A DNA stretch of 64,000 bases from NCBI GenBank assembly GCA_052327205.1, contig CM126208.1, forward strand, positions 71,362,001-71,426,000, written 5' to 3'. The notes under the pieces are model-generated. The model did no database searches. It saw only the letters and a list, made by a program, of their open reading frames with translations, and was not told where the DNA came from. The translations under genes were made by a program, and so were the position numbers. This DNA comes from Somniosus microcephalus. Taxonomy: Eukaryota. Shown in pieces: positions 37,215 to 49,100 of this stretch (positions are counted from its first letter, which is position 1; every line of letters begins with the position of its first letter).

Positions 37215-37700
37215 TAGAACGATACATTGCAGGGGGCTGCCATTCAGCCCCTCGTGCTGTGCCAGCTCTTTGGTAGAGCTATCCAATTAATCACCACTGC
37301 CACTGGGAATAGTTTTTTTTCTTATTTACTCTATCAAAACCATTCATGATTTTGAACACCTCTAACAAATCTCCCCATAACCTTTTCTGCTCTAAGGAGA
37401 ACAACCCCAGCTTCTCCACATAGCTGAAGTCCCTCAATCCTGGTACCATTCAGGTAAATAGCCTCTTCACCATCTCCTAAAGGACTTGACATTTTTCCTT
37501 AAGTGTGGCGCCCAGAACTGGACACAACACAATAGCCGAGGCCTAACCTGCATTTTATGAAGGTTTAGCATAACTTCCCCTGCTTTTGTACCCGATGCCT
37601 CTATTTATAAAGTCACGGTTCCCAAGTACATTTTTTTTTTATTAACAGCCTCATCAACTTGTCCTGCCACCTACAGAGATGTATGTGAACCTGCAGGTCT
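37215..37700 (-). mobile_element. Degenerate CR1 fragment (similar remnants at 19300-19660, 29560-29810, 49670-50080)
   Basis: TCTGCTCTAAGGAGAACAACCCCAGCTTCTCC and CCCAGAACTGGACACAA motifs shared with 52265-54085. Confidence 0.8.
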
Positions 37701-40304
37701 GGAGATCGATAGCTTCCATGTGATATCTCCTGCACCACCTTTAAAATTGTACCAAAACTGTACTCAAATAAGGATGGGTAATAAATACTACCTTGCCAGT
37801 GTCCCAAAAACTAATAAAACAAAATACATGGCAGCACTGCAGCACACAATAAAAATTATTAAACAACCATCTCCATACGCAGATTATTTTCCCGGTGACC
37901 TGGTCAACATTTTTCCAACAACCAACACCATCAAAACAGAGATTAAATAGACATTCATTCCATTGCCATGGGATGTAGCTGTGTGCAAAGTGACTGCCAT
38001 ATTTGCCTACATAACAATAGTAGTCACTGCACTTCAATGTAATTCAATGTATGCAAAACCCTTGATGTTTTTGGTAAAGCATATGTGCAAGACTTTTTTC
38101 TGTTCTACATCCTTCACCATTTTACATTACCCTCCAGATAAGTAAAAACCCCTCACACAGCATTACATAGTCCTTTAAAGTATTCCACAATATTTTCAAA
38201 ATAAAACACATCACAGCTACCAACAAACTAGAAGCTGCGTTCTCACTCAGCTAACCTGACCGTAACATGGACAACACCTCAATCTGCTGCAGTTGCAACT
38301 GAAATTCACAAAAAAACACACCAATCCCATCAAGAGAGTTCAATTCAAATAACCAACTTCACCTAGACTATAGCCATAAATTTAGGACAGCACTTGTTTG
38401 GAATAGTGTCATCAGGGAGATTGCATGGTGATGTTAAGAAACAGGGTTTTTCCGAGGCTGTTTATCATCCTCAGGAGTTATCACTTGGAAGCCATCAATC
38501 TCCAGAACATCAACCCAAGGTCTCCTGGAAGTTCGAACGGCACTCTTTAACAGTACTGAGTTACAATCATAGGTACAGCAAAACCAAGGCTTTAATAACA
38601 AAAAAACTGAAGTCGACTTAAGTTATCCAACAGCCCTGCCCACTCCAAAATGAATAATCACCAAAGTCTTGTGTAATCAACACCAGATCTGCTTCAGAAT
38701 CAGATACCTTAGAAATCATGCAAGTCTCGAAGGATAGCCATGTTTTCCAAATACTAAACCACGACTGTCACTCAACAGATTCTGGTCTTTCTTGTACTCT
38801 CAAATAGAAAAACTAAATGATAGCACCCTTTCATAGACTGAATCATGGTGCCTCAGGAACTCAAAATTGTTGAACTCCTCAACTCCCTGAGTCTTCCCTT
38901 CCTCCTACAATCCACGGGCATTTAAAGCAAAGGTTGGTGTCAACTCACGGTAACTTCCTGCTTTCCCTCATCTTCTCTTCTGCTTAATCCACTTTGGTAG
39001 TGCCCTGGGTATGTCAATAAATAAAAATAATTCAAAAGATGAACCAGTTAGCTGCCGCATTGTAAGCAGCTGGAATGCAAGATGTTTTAGGAAAAATAAA
39101 AGGCTACTCGGTTCAAACGAACCCGGTTCTTTTTCATAGCTCGCCTCATCAAGCTGCTTTTTCATTATATCCCTCAATCCCTTCTCTCTAGAGAAGCCTC
39201 CACTTTTCTTTTAATCATTTATACCGTTTTATTTGATGGCCTTCCTTGGTAACTTATTCCACAACTCTTCAGCCCAACTTGCTGCCCAACTTAGTCATTT
39301 TTAATTTTTCTCAGTCGACTTTGAACGCTGCATTCAAGTGCCAATCAGCATTTTCTGTTTTGCAGAACACAAGTTAAGGGGGGTGGCAAACTGTGAGAAA
39401 GAATGCAGAAGCCTGCAACAAGACATAGGTAAGGGCTGAGCAGAGGAACAGGTTGCAAGGAGTTGCTGCATGTGAAAATTCAATGCAATAAAATTCAAGT
39501 ATTAGTAGAAATGGTCATCAATTACTACAGTTTCAGCAATTGAACCATTGACCGAGTGCAGAGTAACGAGTGGTACATTCAGTGAAAGTGGGGTAAAACA
39601 GGAGTGTTGGCTGGCAACACCCAATGGTTTACACGGTGTTTTTTGCTGTTTGTGTTGTAGATGGCTGCAACCAGCCCATCTCTATTGCTCCCACACCTCC
39701 CTGCACCACAAGTAAAGCAGCTTTCAGGGCACTAATTTGCTTTGTGATTCGCCTAAAAATTTAAAACTACAGATTCTCTTTTTTTTTAATCCTCAGAAGG
39801 GTTGCGCAACAGACAGTAAGTTGGCAGCAGCCAGGTGTTTTCTTCCTCCCACCAGTGAAGTTGTCCATGGGTAGTTTTGCTAACTAGAAGTACAAATGTA
39901 TGAAGCCATATCTGAAATCAGCTCTGTAATATAAAGGAGATACAACCTCTCCATCAAGCTCAGCAACTTCCCTCAACAAATTCCCAGGTGTCGCAGAGAA
40001 CCTTCCACGCTTAACCATAAACCAACAAAAAACTGGTTATTTATCTCATTGCTACTTGTGGACTCTTGCTGTGTACAAAGTGGCTGACATATTTTGCCTA
40101 AATAAAAGTCACTACCCTCCAAAGTAATTCATTGTGTGTGAAGTGCTGAGATGTTTCTGAATAGAATGATTCAGTGCTACGTAAATGCAAACTGTTTATT
40201 TCTCCAGTTAATTCTGCTCAGATAAGGGCAATTTTAAGCTGGACTGTGACATATCAGTGGCCAAATAGACTGCCAACATGCATGGTCCAGGCATTTAAAA
40301 AAAA

Positions 40305-41627
40305 AATTGTTTTTGGGATCTGGGCGTCGTTGGCAAGGTCAGCATTTGTTGCCCATCCCTAATTGCCCTTTTGAAGGTGGTGAGCCGCCTTCTTGAATTG
40401 CTGCAGTCCATACGGTGAAGGTACTCCCACAGTGCTGTTAGGGAGGGAGTTTCAGGATTTTGACCCAGTGATGATGAAGGAATGGCGATTTATTTCCAAG
40501 TCGGGATGGTGTGTGACTTGGAGGGGAACTTGGAGGTGGTGGTGCTCCCAAGCGCCTGCTGCCCTTGTCCTTCGAGGTAGAAGAGGTCGCGAGTTTGGGA
40601 GGTGCGGTCGAAGAAGCCTTGGCGAGTTGCTGCAGTGCATCTTGTAGATGTACACACTGCAGCCACGGTGCACTGGTGGTGGAGGGAGTGAATGTTTAAG
40701 GTGGTGGATGGGGTGCCAATCAAGCGAACTGCTTTGTCCTGGATGGTGTCGAGCTTCTTGAGTGTTGTTGGAGCTGCACTCATCCAGGCAAGTGGAGAGT
40801 ATTCCATCACACTCCTTACTTGTAAATGGTAGAAAGGCTTTGGCGAGTTAAGCGGTGAGACACTCGCCGCAGAATACCTATCCTCTGATCTGCTCTTGTT
40901 GCCACAGTATTTATGTGGCCGGTCCAGCTAAGTTTCTGGTCAATGGTGACCCCTAGGATGTTGATGGTGGGGGATTCAGCAATGGTAATGCCGTTGAATG
41001 CCAAGGGGCAGTGGTTAGACTCTCGCTTGTTGGAGATGGTCATTGCCTGGCACTTGTGTGGCGCGAATGTTACTTGCCACTCATCAGCCCAAGCGTCGTC
41101 CACATCTTGTTGCATGCAGGCACGGGCTGCTTAATTATCTGAGGAGTCGCGAATGGAACTGAACACTGTGCAGTCATCGGCACACATCCACATTTCTGAC
41201 CTTATGTTGGAGGGAAGGTCATTGATGAAGCAGCTGAAGATGGCTGGGCCGAGGACACTGCCCTGAGGAACACCTGCAGCGATGTCCTGGGGCTGTAATG
41301 ATTGACCTTCAACCATCTTCCTTTGTGGTAGTTATGACTCCAGCTAGTGGAAAGCTTTCCCCCTGATGCCTATTGACTTCAGTTTTACGAGGGCTCCTTG
41401 ATGCCACACCTTGTCAAATGCTGCCTTGACGTCAAGGGCAGTCACTCTCACCTCTGGAATTCAGCTCTTTTGTCCATGTTTGGACCAAGGTTGCAATGAG
41501 GTCTGGAGCAGAGTGGTCTTGGCGGAGCCCAAACTGGGCATCAATGAGCAGGCTATTGATGAGTAAGTGCTGTTTGATAGCACTGCCAATGACACCTTCC
41601 ATCACTTTGCTGATGATCGAGAGTAGA
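40305..41627 (-). mobile_element. CR1/L2-group LINE (second family), 5'-truncated
   Basis: AQFGLRQDHSAPDL, GVPQGSVLGPAIFSCFINDLP, MEYSPLAWMSAAPTTLKKLDTIQDKA; 3' tail at about 40310. Confidence 0.92.
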
Positions 41628-44600
41628 CACGAACTAACACATGCATAACACTCATTTGGGCAGGCGAAGTAGCACACCCCGCATCTCGTGGAACCATACA
41701 TGATCTGCAGGCGTTACCCTCAGAAAAGGAACAGACATTGAGGGGGAAAAATACTTAATTAACATTTACACACAGCACCAACCTCACAAAGTCAATGAAA
41801 AAACCCTCACTCAACATTTTCAATTTCATTACTGGTTCAGAAAAATCACCAGAGGGCTCAATTTGCCCACCAGCTCTGTTGTGTCTCTGCCTAAAAATTC
41901 TCAGTTAGTTCCCACCGATTCCTGGACTCCAAGCAACCCATGATCCTACATGTATGGGGCTTTGTGCCAGCATTTTTACAATAAACACTGGCTCCTAATA
42001 CATCTGTTGCAGAAAGGTTTCGAGGCAAAATACCAACTTGGTGTAGACATATTAGGAATAAAGACGCCACTTAATAAGGAGCCTCCAACAATATTCAGTG
42101 GGGCGATGGAAATACATTATACAATATAGAAATACATTGTTACAACAGAGAAACAGGCCATATGCCCAAATTATCCATGTTTGTTTTTGTTAGGTGTCAG
42201 CGATAGGGAGCAACAGTGGGAAAATGCAGTTGAGGTGCAGATCATCCATGATCTAATTGACTAGCAGAGCAGGCACGAGGGACCAAATGGCCCACTCTTG
42301 TTCCTTATGTTACTATATCATTCACCCTCCACACAAAGCAACAGTTCAAATTACAGTTACCAACCGTGAGCCCAATTCCCTTCATCCCCTTTTCCCTCAT
42401 CCACCTAACCAATCGAAACTTGAATGTGACATCATTTCGGCCTCAACCATTAACCCTTGGAGTGAATTTCGCAGCCTCGCAACTCTGCATGAAGAAATTT
42501 CTCCTTCCCCCTGTTCTAAATAACTTACATTTAACCTCTTATCTGCAGCCCTTCAACAAGAAACAGTCCGCCTCAATCTAAGCCGTCCCAATCTTCCAGA
42601 ATTTTAAACACCATCATATTCCCCCAATCGGTGTAGCTCTGACAAAAATGACAATTTTTCACAAAGACACGCATATAGTTGAGGGTGAAAAGACCTGGGA
42701 CACGATCACAAACAAAAGGCTAGAAATTGAAGAAATTAGTTCAAGAGGATAGAACCCTGCAAATGTACTGAAAACAGAAAATGCAAGTATAACACAGTGG
42801 GTCCACCAGTCCCATAGAGATAACGGATGAACACGATGAGTTCTAACTTAGGGTATAGAAACATAGAAGATAGGAGCAGGAGTATGCCATTCGGCCCTTC
42901 GAGCCTGCTCCGCCATTCAATGAGATCATGGCTGATCATCCAAATTCAGTACCCTGTCCCTGCCTTCTCCCCATATCGCTTGATCCCTTTAGCCTTAAGA
43001 AATATATCCAACTCTTTCTTGAATATATTTAATGAACTGGCCTCCAACGCCCTCTGTGGCAGTGAACTCCACAGGTTCACCACTCTCTGGGTGAAGAAAT
43101 TCCTCCTCATTTCAGTCCTAAATGGCTTACCCCTTATCCTTAGACTATGACCCCTGGTTCTGGACTCCCCAGCCATCAGAAACATCCTTCCTGCATCTAG
43201 TCTGTCCAGGCCTGACAGAATTTTATAGGTTTCGATGAGATCCCCTCTCAATCTTCTAAACTCCAGTGAGTATAAGCCCAATCGACACAATCTCTCCTCA
43301 TACGTCATTCCTGCCATCCCAGGTATCAGCCTGGTGAATCTTCGCTGCACTCCTTCCATGGCAAGAACGTCCTTCCTCAGGTAAGGCGACCAAAACTGCA
43401 CACAATACTCAAGGTGCTGTCTCACCAAGGCCCTGTACAACTGTAGTAAGACATCCTCGTTCCTGTACTCGAACCCTCTTGCTACGAAGGCCAACATACC
43501 ATTTGCCTTCTTAACCGCCTGCTGCACCTGCATGCTTACCTTCAGCGACTGGTGCACAAGAACACCCAGGTCTCTTTGCACTTCCCCTTCTCCCAATCTA
43601 TTGCCATTCAAATAATAATCTGCTTTCCTGTTTTTGCCACCAAAGTGGATAACCTCACATTTATCCACATTATAGTGCATTTGCCATGTTTCTGCCCAAT
43701 CACCCAACCTGTCCAAATCGTACTGGAGTTTCACGACATCCTCCCCACAGCATACCCTCCCACCCAGCTTTGTGTCGTCTGCAAATTTGGAGATATTACA
43801 TCCAATTCCCTCGTCCAGATCATTAATATATATTGTGAACAGCTGGGGTCCTAGGACCGATCCTTGCGGTACCCCACTAGTCACTGCCTACCACTCGGAA
43901 AACGACCCGTTTATTCCAACTCTTTGCTTTCTGTCCGCCAACCAGTTCTCTATCCAAGTCAATACCTTGCCCCCAATCCCATGTGCCTTAATTTTGCACG
44001 CTAATCTCTTGTGGGACCTTATCAAAAGCCTTCTGAAAGTCCAAATACACCACATCCACTGGTTCTCCCTTATCTATTTTACCAGTTACATCCTCAAAAT
44101 TCCAGTAGATTAGTCAAGCATGATTTACCTTTTGTAAATCCATGTTGACTTTGTCCGATCCTGTCACTGCTTTCCAAGTGCTCTGCTGTTACATATTTTA
44201 TAATGGACTCTAGCATTTTCCCCACTACCGATGTCAGGCTTACCGGTCTATAATTCCCCGCTTTTTCTCTACCACCTTTTTTGAATATTGGGGTAACATT
44301 AGCTACCCTCCAATCCATGGGTACTGTTCCAGAGTCTATCGGGTTCTGGAAGATGACCAGCAATGCATCTACTATTTCTAGGGCCACTTCCTTAAGTACC
44401 CTGGGATGTAGATTATCAGGCTCTGGGGATTTATCAGCCTTCAGTCCCATCAATTTTCCTCACACCATTTCCCTACAAATACTGATTTCTTGCAGTTCCA
44501 CCCTTTCATCAGACCCTATGTTCCCCGACATCTCTGGGAGGTTATTTGTGTCCTCCTTTGTGAAGACAGAACCAAAATATGTATTTAGTTGGTCTGCCAT

Positions 44601-45944
44601 TTCTTTGTTCCCCATTATAAATTCCCCTGATTCTGACTGCAAGGGACCTACGCTTGACACCACCAATTTTTTTCTCTTCACATATCTATAAAAGCTTTTA
44701 CAGTCAGTTTTTATGTTCCGTGCAAGCTTACTCTCATATTCTATTTTCCCTTTCTTTATTAATCCCTTTGTCCTCCTTTGTTGAATCCTAAACTGCTCCC
44801 AATCCTCAGGATTATTGCTTTTTCTGGCCAATTTATATGTCCGCTCCTTGGATCTTATGCTATCCCTAATTTCCCTCGTTAGCCACGGTTGAGTCACCTA
44901 TTTTGTTTTATTTTTATGCCAAACTGGGATGAACAAATTCTGTAGCTCATCCATTCGGTCTTTGAATGTTTGCCATTGCCTATCCACCGTCAACCCTTTG
45001 AGTGACATTCCCCAATCAATCCTACCCAACTCGCTCCTCAGATCATCGTAGTTTCCTTTATTTAAATTGAGGACCCTAGTCTCCGAGTCAACTACTTCAT
45101 TCTCCGTCTTAATGAAGAATTCGATCATATTATGATCGCTCCGACCCAAGGGGCCTCGTACAATAAGACTGCTAATTAATCCTTTCTCGTTACATAATAC
45201 CCAGTCTAAGATGGCCTGATCTCTGGTTGGTTCCTCGACATATTGGTCCAGGAAACCATCCCGTAAACACTCCAGGAATTCCTCCTCCACAGTATTGTTA
45301 CTAATTTGGTTGGCCCAATCTATATGAAGGTTAAAGTCACCCATGATGACTGCTGTGCCCTTATTGCACGCTTCTTTAATTTCCCTTTTAATGCCATCCC
45401 CAACCTCCGCCTTACTGTTTGGAGGTCTATATACCACTCCCACTAACGTTTTTTTCCCTTTAGTATTTCTCAATTCGACCCATACAGATTCCACATCATC
45501 AGAGCTAATATCCTTCATTACAATTGCATTAATCCCTTCTTTAACCAGTAATGCTACCCCACCTCCCTTTCCTTTTTGCCTATCTTTCCTGAATATCGAA
45601 TACCCCTGGATGTTGAGTTCCCAGTCTTGACCATCCTTGAGCCACATTTCCGTAATCCCAACCAAATCTTATTGGTTTACTTCTATTTGCGCAGCCAATT
45701 CATCCACCTTATTACAAATGCTCCTTGCATTAAGACACAAAGCCTTCAGGCTTGTTTTTTTTAATGCTCTTAGACCTATTAGAATTATTATTTACTGTGG
45801 CCACGTTTGATTTAAACCGTTGATTTCTCAGACTGCCACTTTTGTTTTTCTCCTTCCTATCTTTTGCTTTTATCCTCGTTTCCCTTTCCTCTGTCTCCCT
45901 GCTCAGGTTCCCAACCCCCTGCCATCTGACATGATTCTCTGACT

Positions 45945-46013
45945 ATTAGCACTGTTGCCTCACAGCGCCAGGGACCTCTATCTGCACTGTGGGGTTTCTG
46001 TGATTCTGTGATA
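45945..46013 (+). mobile_element. Internally deleted HE1-like SINE (head joined to tail) nested in the CR1
   Basis: TTAGCACTGTTGCCTCACAGCGCCAGGGACC followed directly by TCTATCTGCACTGTGGGGTTTCTGTGA, identical to the tail at about 27585-27611. Confidence 0.65.
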
Positions 46014-46029
46014 TAAGCTGTGTCTTTAT

Positions 46030-46165
46030 GCATTTCTCCACTTCACCTGAAGAAGGAGCAGCGCTCCGAAAGCTTGTGATTTCAAATAAAGCTGTTGGAC
46101 TATAACCTGGTGTTGTGTGACTTCTTACATTTGTCCACCCCAGTCCAACTCCGGCATCTCCACAC
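46030..46165 (+). mobile_element. Penelope-like terminus, second family, nested in the CR1
   Basis: CACCTGAAGAAGGAGCAGCGCTCCGAAAGCTTGTGATTTCAAATAAAGCTGTTGGACTATAACCTGG...; hammerhead motif followed by AATAAA. Confidence 0.75.
46042..46079 (+). ncRNA. Minimal type-I hammerhead ribozyme motif
   Basis: Stem I TCAC/GTGA, core CTGAAGA (46047-46053), stem II GGAGC-AGC-GCTCC, GAAA (46068-46071), palindromic AGCT instead of stem III, predicted cleavage after CUU (46075). Confidence 0.7.
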
Positions 46166-49100
46166 CATTTTAGTTTAAACCCTCCCTCCCCCACAGCACT
46201 AGCAAACACTCCCCCGAGGACATCGGTTCCAGCCCTGCCCAGGTGCAAACTGTCCGGTTTGAACTGGTCCCACCGCCCCCAGAACCGGTTCCAATGTCCC
46301 AGGAACTTGAATCCCTCCCCCTGGCACCATTCCTCTAGCCACGTATTCATCTGAAGTATCCTTCTATTTCTGCTCTGACTAGCACATGGCACTGGTAGCA
46401 ATCCTGAGATTACGACCTTTGAGGTCCTGTTTTTTAATTTATCTCCTAACTCCCTATATTCCGCTTTTAGGACCTCATCCCGCTTTTTACCTATATCGTT
46501 GGTGCCTATATGCACCATGACAACTGGCTGTTCACCCTCCCCTTCCAAGATGTTCTGCAGCCGCTCGGAGACATCCTTGACCCTGGCACCAGGGAGGCAA
46601 CACACCATCCTGGAGTCTCGTTTGCGGCCACAGAAACGCCTATCTATTCCCCTTACAATAGAATCCCCTATTACTATAGCTCTGCCCCAAGCCAATGCTA
46701 CATGCAAGGAACCCTTTGTCAGCACGGAATTCTGATGAATGGTCTAGATCAGAAATGTCAGCCTCCCTCCCCTTCCAATATTACCAGACCCAATCCACAT
46801 CACTAACATGCTATACCACAACGAAAATGAAGTGGAGAATTCGATCTTGCCCAGGGAGCATGGTAATAAGGGGAGAAAGGGATGGAAAAAAAGTGACAAA
46901 ATTATTTTTTTGGTCTAGCGTTGATTTGATAACTGTCCTGTAAAATTACATGTGGAGATTAGCAGCCAGCTAAAGCCAATGTTGTACTGGGCCTGTCCTG
47001 ATACTGTTTGAAGTTTCATCAGTTACAAGCCTGAGAGGCAGAGAGATCATTACACTTATTGCTGTGCGATTGAGTCAGTTTGCAGTTAACTGACATTTCC
47101 TTTTAGAATTTCAGAGGTCAGATATTTAAATTTGGGTGACTCCCTATAACTCTTTTCCATGATAAGGATGCAGCTTGAAATCTCAGAGGCCAGTCAGTTG
47201 CAGTCCATTTTCCTTCACCAAAAACACTGCACCTCTTCTAAAGTCATTTACACCAGATTAGCTCAGCTCTTAGAATTGTGATCTTTTTATAATTTTGTCC
47301 ATGACTGTAATATATAATTACACAATATTTATGACCGTTTGAGCTTGTTCAGCTTTTGTAAAATAAATATGCTGCATATTTTAAACTTGAAATAAGAACT
47401 GATGGGATATTCTATCGTCTTCGAAGATGTGAGTGAGATCTCACGAAGGCACAAGATAAATCGAGTAGCTAAAATTGAGCAGCTAAACTCGAGCAACTAA
47501 AAACAATTAGCAGACAAGGTTTGCTGTTCCTTTCCTGTGTGCATTTTTAAAAACATATACATTAGTAGAATGAAGGAGACAATCAGTTTCACTGTGTTGG
47601 TCCATATTATCGCAAAAAAATTGATCAGGCATAACTGAGCATTGACACAGAGCCAGGTCACATGAGGCATGCTAAGATTTTTGGTGACTCACTTTTTTTG
47701 GGCTGCTGTTTTTACAATCTCTCAAAGTCTCAAGTCTCAGAGCTTTTTAAAAAAAATGCTGAACAATTCATTATTCTCTGCTTGAATGTGCAGCCTCGAG
47801 TAATCAGGAGCAAGAAATTCAGCAAGTCAACATACAAGTCATCCGGCAAAGCACAGAAATCGCCGAGTGGCAGGGTGATTCTGTGGGGTGAGACTGAAAG
47901 CAGAGTTTTGGAGCTCTTTGTTCAACAGCATCAACAAACTTTCCTTGTGGAACTGCACAACTCGAGTTGTTTTGAGCCTGATGGTGCCTAAACTGATCGA
48001 CTTTCATTTATGAAGGTTTCAGCCCATTCTCAAGGACAATATGGGCATCTCCACCACAGCTATTCATTAAAAATCCCACCACTTTAATTGTACTTCCTGT
48101 CACTTGATCATAAAACATTATACTCGTGGAGAACTCTGAAGTCTAGTCTCTCCAGGCCAGGAAGTGGAACACAGATAGCATTGCACATTAACGTCAATAC
48201 ACTATGGAGATTTGTAAGTCACTTTAATACGATCTTGTACAACACTCTTAATTCTCAAATTGTTGCCACTACCAGTACTTCACCCCAACCATGGACAGCT
48301 GTTCCAAACAACCAAACATTGGAAGGACAAGAACTACAACTGCGCTGTTGGGTGTTTTCCCACATTTTTGGATTTGAGAATTTCAAACATCCACCTTGGT
48401 ACTTTATTGAAATCCTGCTGGGGGAAAAATTGTGCCTGGAGTACAACTCCATGGGAATTTCACATCTGCCATTAGGCTATACTGAAGCCCAAGCGATAGA
48501 ACTGAAGTATATATGGCAAAGAAAAGGTTTGCTGCTACAATTTTTAGCTGGAAAATTATCAGAAAGGAGCGGTTTAATCCTGAGCAAAGCTGGTAGAAAA
48601 GTCTCGTCATCACTGATCCATAACCAACTACAGGTACTGCCATAACAAACAACTCCACGCTACAAAGGGGAGATTTTACACACCACACACAAAATCAATT
48701 GTATGTTCCCCGTGCAAGAATTTCTTCCCATAAGTTCCTCTAAAACTTCTTTCCTTTATACCCTGATTTTGTTAGCTTTCCTTTACTCCTCTCCTAAACA
48801 CATGCAAATGCTTTGTCCAAGTAGCTAGTGATGAAATGTGACTCCAGGCAGTGAATACCATAGGCTAACCAATCATGGAGGTCCAGCACATCGGAGCCTG
48901 ATCCTGCACACATACAAACAGGGGTGCACTTTACAGCAAGTGTCACGGACAAACAGCAGCAGGAAGCTGGAGTCATTTTTCATACTCAGGGCACTGAGCC
49001 CAACTCCTGCACCTGCTGCCATCAGCAAATTTGGCACACACGAAAGACTGAACCCGGACCCTCCTGGTCTGTATGAGTTAACACAAGGTGGTGCCTTCAT

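Larger units (their letters stand above)
42856..46690 (-). mobile_element. Near full-length CR1 LINE: SGNH-esterase ORF1 part (about 46170-46690), APE endonuclease and RT of ORF2; inactivated
   Basis: IVIGDSIVRG...HIGTNDIG...DSLHL (esterase); GITEMW...GGGVALL...VYRPP...MGDFN...SDHNMI (APE); QHGFTKGKSCLTNL, SKFADDTKL (RT). In-frame stops at 44898 and 44460 and a frameshift near 44094. Confidence 0.96.

Noticed and set aside
47750-47880. F-box-like peptide LGDFCALPDDLYVDLLNFL on minus
   Set aside because: Short resemblance only, weak exon boundaries, no supporting downstream domain.
48088-48645. 185-aa plus-strand ORF
   Set aside because: Non-ATG start, no recognisable domain, no promoter or splice support; compatible with chance in 64 kb.
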